Shown here piece by piece: positions 9,167 to 15,615 of a stretch of 59,131 nt of DNA. Location of the stretch: the NCBI GenBank assembly GCA_049279755.1, contig JBAPOS010000008.1:1-59131 (forward strand). The letters are read 5' to 3'. The stretch is from Candidatus Dormiibacterota bacterium (lineage in GTDB: Bacteria > Chloroflexota > Dormibacteria > Aeolococcales > Aeolococcaceae). Position numbers and translations under genes: made by a program. Numbering within the stretch: position 1 is the first letter of the stretch; the number at the start of each line of letters is the position of its first letter. Below the pieces are notes generated by a model. That model saw only the letters and a program-made list of their open reading frames with translations. It did no database searches and was not told the origin of the DNA.

Positions 9167-9961
9167 CTACCGGCCGGTGAAGGCGGGCCTGCGCTTCTCC
9201 TGGAACGCCGAGATGCCGTCCTGATAGTCGCGGGTGCGCGACGCGCGACCCTGCGCCGAGGCTTCGGCGGCGAGCAGGTCCGCAAGCGAAGGAGACCCGT
9301 CCTGGATCATGCGCACGATGCGCTTCGACTCCAGGAAGGCGGCGGTTGGTCCGTTTGCAATCGCCCGAGCCAGCTCGCGAGTCCGGCGGACGAGATCGGC
9401 ACCAGCCACGCTGCGATTGACAAGACCCCATTGCGCCGCCTCGCGCCCGGAGAGCAGTCGACCGGTGTAGACGAGCTCGAGGGCGCGGTGGGGCCCGACC
9501 CGCGAAACGAAGGCGGCGTGCGCGCCGCTGTCCAGGACGGCGCCGATGCGCGCGAATGGAGAGCCGATCCGCGCATCGTCGGCCGCGTACACGAGGTCGC
9601 AGGCGAGCGCCAGGCCGAGCCCGGTCCCAAGACATGCGCCGTGGACAGCTGCGATCGTCGGCACCGCGACGCCCGCCAACCGCGCCATCAGCGGGTTGAG
9701 AAGATCACGGAGGATCGCCTCGCCATCCTCGTGGAGCGGATCGGCCTCGGACAGGTCGCGGCCGCTGCAGAACGCCCGTCCCTCGCCGCGAACGAGCAGC
9801 GCACGGGCCCCGCCCGTCTCGACGGCGTCGAGGCTGTCCATGAGCTCCCGAACCATCGCGACGCTCATCGCATTCAACTTGTCGGGGCGATCGAGCACCA
9901 GCTCGGCGACGCTGTCATCGATGGTCAGGCGCACCGTCCTCTGCTCGTCAGATTCCGGCAT
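9167..9961 (-). CDS. Enoyl-CoA hydratase/isomerase family protein (PaaF/PaaG-like by context)
   Basis: [16 protein letters not shown]...[15 protein letters not shown]...[19 protein letters not shown] are typical crotonase motifs. The PaaF versus PaaG assignment is not resolvable by eye. Confidence 0.85.
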   Translation of the reverse strand: MPESDEQRTVRLTIDDSVAELVLDRPDKLNAMSVAMVRELMDSLDAVETGGARALLVRGEGRAFCSGRDLSEADPLHEDGEAILRDLLNPLMARLAGVAVPTIAAVHGACLGTGLGLALACDLVYAADDARIGSPFARIGAVLDSGAHAAFVSRVGPHRALELVYTGRLLSGREAAQWGLVNRSVAGADLVRRTRELARAIANGPTAAFLESKRIVRMIQDGSPSLADLLAAEASAQGRASRTRDYQDGISAFQEKRRPAFTGR

Positions 9962-10415
9962 ACGGCGCTCGCTCCTTGGCGGTGAGGATCTTCAACTGAC
10001 TCGCGCACACCGTGACCCCATTCTGGTTGAGGACGTCCCAGCGATATGACACCAGCCCGGACTTCGCGTCGCGATCGGACTTCTCGATCACCTCGATGTC
10101 GAGGTAGATGGTGTCGTTGATCCACGTCGGGGCCGTGTAGCGCAGCCGGTCGGTGCCGTAGTTGGCGAGGATCGTGGTCGCATCGCTGGGCACGCCGAGC
10201 CCGGTGCCCAGGGCGAACACCATGATCCCGGGCGCCACCCGCTGGCCGAACATCGACCGCTCCGCCGCCACCGCATCGATGTGCGGGTAGAACCAATCGC
10301 CGGTGAGCGCGCACCAGTTGACGATGTCGGTCTCCGTGATCGTCCGCCCCCGCGTGCGCTGCTTCTGCCCGACATCGAGCTCGTCGTAGGTCCGATACAG
10401 CAGGAACCGATCCAC
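9948..10415 (-). CDS. MaoC-like (R)-specific hydratase hotdog-fold protein
   Basis: 155-aa protein; TRGRTITETDIVNWCALTGDWFYPHIDA resembles MaoC dehydratase motifs. 14-bp overlap with the downstream crotonase gene. Confidence 0.75.
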   Translation of the reverse strand: MDRFLLYRTYDELDVGQKQRTRGRTITETDIVNWCALTGDWFYPHIDAVAAERSMFGQRVAPGIMVFALGTGLGVPSDATTILANYGTDRLRYTAPTWINDTIYLDIEVIEKSDRDAKSGLVSYRWDVLNQNGVTVCASQLKILTAKERAPYAGI

Positions 10416-10472
10416 CCCGAGTGCCTCCCGTGACCCGCGGACTGGCGTGTCCGACCGGCGGGCTGGGGAAGT

Positions 10473-11783
10473 CTACGACCGCCGGTCGATCACCCGCTGC
10501 AGCTTGCCGGCCGATCGCTCGAGCGTGTCCGGGTCGACGACCTCGACCTCGACGGTGACGCCGACTCGATCCTTGACCTCACGAACGAGCGCATGCGCGG
10601 CGGGGTCACGTCGCTCGCGCGGGCAGTCGGAGCGAGCCTCGACGCGCACCGTCAAGGTGTCGAGCCGTCCAGCACGCGCGAGGATCAACTGAAAGTGGGG
10701 CGCCAGCCCTCCGGTGCGGAGAACCAGCTCCTCGAGTTGGGTCGGAAAGACGTTGACGCCGCGGAGGATGATCATGTCGTCGCTGCGACCGGTCACCTTC
10801 TCCATGCGCCGGAAGGCGGGTCGTGCGGTCCCCGGCAGCAGCCGGGTGAGGTCCCTGGTCCTGTAGCGGATGATGGGCAGCGCCTGCTTCGTCAACGACG
10901 TGAACACCAGCTCTCCGAGCTCGCCGTCGGGGAGCACCACGCCGCTGACCGGGTCGATCACCTCGGGATAGAAATGGTCTTCCCATACGTGCAGGCCGTC
11001 CTTGGTCTCGACGCACTCCTGCGAGACACCCGGGCCCATCACCTCCGAGAGGCCATAGATGTCCACGGCGTGCATGTCCACTCGCTCTTCGATCTCCGAG
11101 CGCATCGCCTCGGTCCACGGTTCGGCTCCGAAGATCCCGATGCGCAATGCGGATGTCCGTGGATCCACTCCCTGGCGTTCGAACTCGTCGATGAGGGCGA
11201 GCATGTACGAGGGCGTGACCATGATGATCGTGGGCTCGAAGTCGCGGATCAACTGCACCTGGCGCGGGGTCATGCCACCCGAGACCGGGACGACCGTGCA
11301 GCCGAGGCGCTCCGCGCCGTAGTGCGCGCCGAGCCCGCCGGTGAAGAGTCCGTAGCCATAGGCGACGTGCACCATGTCGCCCGGACGTCCCCCGGCGGCG
11401 CGGATGGACCGAGCCATCAGATCCGCCCAGGTGTCGAGATCATCGCGCGTATAGCCGACCACGGTCGGACGTCCGGTGGTCCCGCTCGACGCGTGGATGC
11501 GGCGCACCTCCGAACGACCCACGGCGAACATGGCGAACGGGTAGTTGTCGCGGAGATCGAGCTTGGTGGTCAAGGGAAATCTCGCCAGGTCGGCGAGCGT
11601 TTCACAGTCGTCGGGCGTGACCCCCGCCGAGTCGAAGGCGCGGCGGTAGTGCGGCACGTTGGTGTAGGCGTGGGCCAGCGACCAGCGCAGGCGCCGGAGT
11701 TGCAGATGCAGCAGCGCATCCCTGCTCAGACGTTCACCTGCGTCGAGCAATTCCGGCGGCGGCGCGACGCCGAGACCCGTCAC
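10473..11783 (-). CDS. paaK: Phenylacetate-CoA ligase
   Basis: 436 aa; FPLTTKLDLRDNYPF...IHASSGTTGRPTVVGYT...GMTP is the characteristic PaaK N-terminus and AMP motif. Confidence 0.92.
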   Translation of the reverse strand: MTGLGVAPPPELLDAGERLSRDALLHLQLRRLRWSLAHAYTNVPHYRRAFDSAGVTPDDCETLADLARFPLTTKLDLRDNYPFAMFAVGRSEVRRIHASSGTTGRPTVVGYTRDDLDTWADLMARSIRAAGGRPGDMVHVAYGYGLFTGGLGAHYGAERLGCTVVPVSGGMTPRQVQLIRDFEPTIIMVTPSYMLALIDEFERQGVDPRTSALRIGIFGAEPWTEAMRSEIEERVDMHAVDIYGLSEVMGPGVSQECVETKDGLHVWEDHFYPEVIDPVSGVVLPDGELGELVFTSLTKQALPIIRYRTRDLTRLLPGTARPAFRRMEKVTGRSDDMIILRGVNVFPTQLEELVLRTGGLAPHFQLILARAGRLDTLTVRVEARSDCPRERRDPAAHALVREVKDRVGVTVEVEVVDPDTLERSAGKLQRVIDRRS

Positions 11784-12178
11784 GCGGAATCCCTCTCGAT
11801 GGTGCGGCTGGTTCCCCGGAATTCGGCGATGACATCGTCGCCGCGGCGCACTGTGACGTCATATATGCCCGAACGCCCGAACCGGTTGCGCTCCACGGCG
11901 CGCGCCTCGAGCACGTCGCCGGCGTATGCGGGTGCGATGAACGTGATGTCGGCTGCGGCCGCGACGGTCAGCGGCCCGTGGCTGTTGCACGCACAGGCGA
12001 ACGCCGTATCCGCGACCGCGAAAACGAACGCCCCGTGGGTGATGCCATGGCCGTTGACCATGTCTTCGCGAACCCGCATGGTGGCGGTGGCGGCGCCTGC
12101 GCTGATGTCGCGCACCGAGATTCCGAGACCGCGCGACGCGGCATCGCCGGCGAGCATCCGCGTCACCGACTCCGTCAC
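11780..12178 (-). CDS. paaI: Hydroxyphenylacetyl-CoA thioesterase (hotdog fold)
   Basis: 132 aa; NGHGITHGAFVFAVADTAFACACNS is a typical PaaI motif. 4-bp overlap with paaK. Confidence 0.85.
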   Translation of the reverse strand: MTESVTRMLAGDAASRGLGISVRDISAGAATATMRVREDMVNGHGITHGAFVFAVADTAFACACNSHGPLTVAAAADITFIAPAYAGDVLEARAVERNRFGRSGIYDVTVRRGDDVIAEFRGTSRTIERDSA

Positions 12179-12217
12179 CGATTCTCCCCTGCGTGCGCTC
12201 GATGCATCTCCAGCAAC

Positions 12218-12811
12218 TCAGAGCGTCATTGTGCTTGCGCGCACCGCGGCAGCTGCATCGGCAGCCCCACCGAGGCTCACGTGTGCCGTCGCGCGTCTAC
12301 CGCCGAGGTAGAGGATGAGTTCTGTGGCCGGACCGCTGAGCGTCGCCATCTCACCCGTTCCGTACCGCCGCCGCTCGCCATCGGGTCGAACCAGCTCGAC
12401 CCCGTACGGGCGGATGGCGCGCGCGAGCCGGCGGGCGCCGTAGCCGGTCATCCGCCACGCCAGCTCCTCGAGATCAGCGATCGGCGCGCGCGGCTCACGG
12501 CCGTTCGCTCGGCGAACATCCTCGTGGTGGATGAAGAACTCCAATCCGTTGAGGATGTCGCGAATCCGGGGGAGACGCCATGGAATCAGCGGCGCACCCG
12601 CACGTAACCGGGCGACCAGCGTCGGGAACCCCTTTGCCTTCTCGGCGGCGCGCTGAGCGTCCGACCAGCGCCGGAAATGCTCGCGAAGCACCAGGTGGGC
12701 GGCGAGGTCGGCGGTCGTCCACCCCTCACACAACGTGGGTGCGTCGGGACCCAGCTCGAGCAGGAGATCGCAGAGCGCGATGCGCTCCCGGACGTCGATG
12801 GGATCGCACAT
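12218..12811 (-). CDS. DinB / mycothiol-dependent maleylpyruvate-isomerase-family protein (TIGR03085-like)
   Basis: MCDPIDVRERIALCDLLLELGPDAPTLCEGWTTADLAAHLVLRE matches my recollection of this actinobacterial family. Start set at ATG 12811. The longer ORF (to 13189) overlaps the Kelch gene. Confidence 0.7.
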   Translation of the reverse strand: MCDPIDVRERIALCDLLLELGPDAPTLCEGWTTADLAAHLVLREHFRRWSDAQRAAEKAKGFPTLVARLRAGAPLIPWRLPRIRDILNGLEFFIHHEDVRRANGREPRAPIADLEELAWRMTGYGARRLARAIRPYGVELVRPDGERRRYGTGEMATLSGPATELILYLGGRRATAHVSLGGAADAAAAVRASTMTL

Positions 12812-12830
12812 CACTGCACCATACCCTCGG

Positions 12831-13949
12831 CTATCCGACTCTCCCGAGTTCCCTCCAGGTTGACCGGGTGAGCGACCAGACCTCGACAGGTGTGTGATCG
12901 GACGGTTCCGCCGTATTCGGGGGGCCGAAGAGCAGCAGCTCGCCGCGATCGGCATCCGTGATCTCCGTCCCCCCAACGACCGGCGGTGGGGCCGCCACAA
13001 GCGAGGCCCAGCCGGTGCCCTCCCACATCGACAGTGCCGGTCGCGGCGTCGGTGAGGCATCACAGGCGCACAACACGAGGCGGTCGATGGCCGGGTCCAG
13101 TGCCATCGTGGATCCGTCGATCGGCGCCGTCGCCGTCGCCAGGAGGGTCCAGGTCGCTCCACTCCACTTCCACGTGGTGTTGGCCGCACCGGTGTCAGGC
13201 GGTGGGCCGACGCAGCAACCGACCGCCAGCAGAGCGTGAGTCACCGGGTCGAACCACATCGGGCTGAACGCGGCTCCGGCAGGGAGCGCGGCCCGCGCCG
13301 GGTGATTCCAGTGCGACCCCGCCCAGATCCACGTCTGGGCCGGCTCCGAGATGACCCCGGATCGGGTCAGCAGCACCATCTCACCGAGGGCGGGGTCCCA
13401 AGCCATGTCCGAACCCTCACCGGGTTGCGGCCCACCGGCGCCAGTGTCGAGCTCATTCCAGGTGGTCCCGTTCCACGCCCAGGTGTCGTCCACGGGCGTC
13501 CCGGGTTCGAGGCGTCCCCCGAACAGCAGCACGGCCTTCGTCTGCGGGTCGTACGCCTCGGAGGCACCGAAGCGCCCCTGGGGACTCACCTGTGGATGAG
13601 CCAGCGTCCACTTCGAACCGTTCCACAGCCATGTGTTCGCGTAATCACCGACACCGCCGAAGAGCACGATCTCGTGCGTTGCGATGTCGTCGGCGAGGCT
13701 GAACCCGCTACCGGACTCGGGTTGGCGGGGTACCGGGCTCGGCGTGATCGGTTGCGGCGCGAAAGGCGTCGGTGTCAGGGGAGCCGTCCGCGCTTGCGGT
13801 CGCTGTCCGAACGAGATCACGAGACCGATCGTGGCGGCGAGCGCGATGATGCACGCGAGCGCGATCACGGGCCGCGTGGTCAGATGCCGTCGGCCCCTCT
13901 CGCCGGGCTCGCTGTCGAGTCGCTCGTGCATGATCGATGCAGGAGACAA
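12831..13949 (-). CDS. Membrane-anchored Kelch-type beta-propeller protein
   Basis: N-terminal TM helix (VIALACIIALAATIGLVISF), Pro-rich linker, then six W-rich blades (TWLWNGSKWTL, TWAWNGTTWNEL, TWIWAGSHWNH, TWKWSGATWTLL, SMWEGTGWASL, VEVWSLTRSTWREL). Confidence 0.75.
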   Translation of the reverse strand: MSPASIMHERLDSEPGERGRRHLTTRPVIALACIIALAATIGLVISFGQRPQARTAPLTPTPFAPQPITPSPVPRQPESGSGFSLADDIATHEIVLFGGVGDYANTWLWNGSKWTLAHPQVSPQGRFGASEAYDPQTKAVLLFGGRLEPGTPVDDTWAWNGTTWNELDTGAGGPQPGEGSDMAWDPALGEMVLLTRSGVISEPAQTWIWAGSHWNHPARAALPAGAAFSPMWFDPVTHALLAVGCCVGPPPDTGAANTTWKWSGATWTLLATATAPIDGSTMALDPAIDRLVLCACDASPTPRPALSMWEGTGWASLVAAPPPVVGGTEITDADRGELLLFGPPNTAEPSDHTPVEVWSLTRSTWRELGRVG

Positions 13950-14017
13950 TGTGACACGCGGGACGCGGGGACGGCTGGGGCCGCCTGCGGGTCACGACCG
14001 CAGGCGGGGTGCGACGG

Positions 14018-14470
14018 CTAATGCGATGCGGTGGCGCTGCGCGCGGACATCAGCGTGACCACCTTGACGATCACGGCTGCAGCCAGCACGTAGATGACCA
14101 TGGCAAGGATGTCGGCCCAGACGATCAGGTTGCCGTGCGACGCGTATGCCGTCTTGAAGATGCCGTCGAACGGAGCCGCCAGGGCCTTCCCTACCGCAAA
14201 GACGAACGATGCGAACCCGACATTGTTCGCGCCGGATGCGTGGAAGATAAAGTCCAGCGCGAGAAACGCGACGAGGATCCCGGCGATCAGCCAGACGAAC
14301 TCGACACCTGGAGATTTGCCCGACCACACGCTCGTGTTGCTCCGGCGCACGCTCGCTCCGGTGGATGGATCAGCCACGGTCTGGGTCGTCGTGTTGACCC
14401 CGGTCCGGTTCGATCCGTAGTTCGTGACGGACTGATCCTCGGTCGTTCTGTCGATCTGCATATCGGTCAT
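14018..14470 (-). CDS. Integral membrane protein with a polar, probably disordered N-terminus (possibly YggT-like)
   Basis: Start at ATG 14470 preceded by AAGGAG. Three hydrophobic helices (FVWLIAGILVAFLALDFIF, FASFVFAVGKAL, LAMVIYVLAAAVIVKVV). The family assignment is uncertain. Confidence 0.6.
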   Translation of the reverse strand: MTDMQIDRTTEDQSVTNYGSNRTGVNTTTQTVADPSTGASVRRSNTSVWSGKSPGVEFVWLIAGILVAFLALDFIFHASGANNVGFASFVFAVGKALAAPFDGIFKTAYASHGNLIVWADILAMVIYVLAAAVIVKVVTLMSARSATASH

Positions 14471-14588
14471 GTGTCGGCTCCTTTGTGGACGCTCGACACT
14501 GAAAACCTTCAGCCTTCGGTCCCACGTGCACTGAGTGTTCGTCGACGGACGTAACAATTGCAGCAATAACGGTTGGTTTCGGCTCGCG

Positions 14589-14942
14589 TCAGACGTGGAG
14601 TACCGGGGCGCTGGTCTCGGTCGGGGCATCGAACCGCCGGCAGGCGGTCTCCCAGAATCCGAGGCGCGATCGGAAGCGTTCCGCCTGGGCGACGACGACC
14701 GGGACGTTGGTGAGCTCGACCTCCTGCCGTGCCTGCGGCGACTGATCGGCCATCAGCTGCCGGATGCGCGCGAGGACCGACTCCTCCATGGAGAGTATCT
14801 CGGTGTAGATGTTTCTCCAGAACAGCGCCTGCTCCCGGGTTGCAGTGGCGAGATCTGCCTCCCCTTCCATGCCCAGGGAGTTGTCGCCACCCCTGGTCGC
14901 TGCCACGATGTCGGGTCGCTGATGAGCGGCCTTCTGGTTCAT
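14589..14942 (-). CDS. Small (117 aa) helical protein, paralogous to the N-terminal domain of the divergent wHTH regulator
   Basis: EGEADLATATREQALFWRNIYTEILSMEESVLARIRQL...AQAERFRSRLGFWE aligns by eye with EGEDIQTEHWEDARHWMSIYDDLIRFKMGLLERVQREL...AQMAGYYARLDLWYRR of the 15005-15565 product. Start taken at ATG 14942. Confidence 0.55.
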   Translation of the reverse strand: MNQKAAHQRPDIVAATRGGDNSLGMEGEADLATATREQALFWRNIYTEILSMEESVLARIRQLMADQSPQARQEVELTNVPVVVAQAERFRSRLGFWETACRRFDAPTETSAPVLHV

Positions 14943-14990
14943 GTAGCTCTGATACACCACCAGGCGTAAAAAGATCAGCAACAGGATCCG

Positions 14991-14996
14991 TATAGT
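14991..14996 (+). promoter_or_regulatory. -10 hexamer TATAGT positioned for a leaderless transcript of the wHTH regulator
   Basis: TATAGT ends 8 nt before GTG 15005, and no SD lies between them. Leaderless starts are common in Actinobacteria. Confidence 0.3.
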
Positions 14997-15004
14997 CACC
15001 GGCC

Positions 15005-15565
15005 GTGGACTCCGGCGGCGACGAACCGGCGACGCGTCCGCTCGAGGGTGAAGACATCCAGACCGAGCACTGGGAAGACGCACGCCACTGGATGAGCATC
15101 TATGACGACCTGATCCGTTTCAAGATGGGGCTGCTCGAACGCGTGCAGCGCGAGCTGCCCAAGTTGCATCCGGTGGCGCAGAGCGCCGCCGACCAGGACA
15201 TCGGCTTCATCGAAGCGCAGATGGCCGGCTATTACGCCCGCCTCGATCTCTGGTATCGGCGCGTCTGGCAGCTCCAGGGGCTGTGGCTCGACCCCAACGG
15301 ACGCGTCATCCGCCACAAGGGGCGGGAGGCGGTGCTGACCACCCGCGAGTTCGAGCTACTGCAGTTCCTGCTGGACCACCCCCATCGCTACTACACGGCG
15401 ACGCAGATCACCGGGCTTGCATGGTCGGACGCCGCGCTCTACCCAGAGGAGGTCCGCAACTACGTCCTGAGGATCAGGAAGATCCTCGAGCGCCTCGCCA
15501 TCCCCTGCGACCTCGTGAACAAGCCCGGCAAAGGGTACTCCCTGACGTTCCGGAACACCGACTGA
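15005..15565 (+). CDS. Winged-helix (OmpR/PhoB-type effector domain) transcriptional regulator without a receiver domain
   Basis: C-terminal LTTREFELLQFLLDHPHRYYTATQI...VRNYVLRIRKIL...GKGYSL is a Trans_reg_C-like wHTH. The N-terminal ~100 aa is a helical domain of unknown family. Confidence 0.75.
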   Translation: MDSGGDEPATRPLEGEDIQTEHWEDARHWMSIYDDLIRFKMGLLERVQRELPKLHPVAQSAADQDIGFIEAQMAGYYARLDLWYRRVWQLQGLWLDPNGRVIRHKGREAVLTTREFELLQFLLDHPHRYYTATQITGLAWSDAALYPEEVRNYVLRIRKILERLAIPCDLVNKPGKGYSLTFRNTD

Positions 15566-15615
15566 CCCGCGTCATAACCGGCTCGCAATCAAGCCAGACG
15601 GCCGCCCCGGCTACG

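Noticed and set aside
9162-9635. 158-aa N-terminal extension of ORF 8343-9635
   Set aside because: It overlaps the neighbouring crotonase gene in another frame and is extremely Arg-rich. The crotonase homology begins only at MLMTDLAS (ATG 9161).
10593-12311. 572-aa ORF on the + strand
   Set aside because: It is entirely antisense to the well-supported paaK and paaI genes. The composition is Arg/Ala/Gly/Pro-rich with no motifs, a typical open antisense frame of a high-GC genome.
12812-13189. Upstream extension of ORF 12218-13189
   Set aside because: It overlaps the 3' end of the Kelch gene. Family-typical sequence starts at MCDPID (ATG 12811).
15283-15615. In-frame upstream extension of the phosphoketolase ORF
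   Set aside because: It overlaps the 3' part of the wHTH regulator gene out of frame. Phosphoketolase homology begins near ATG 15616.
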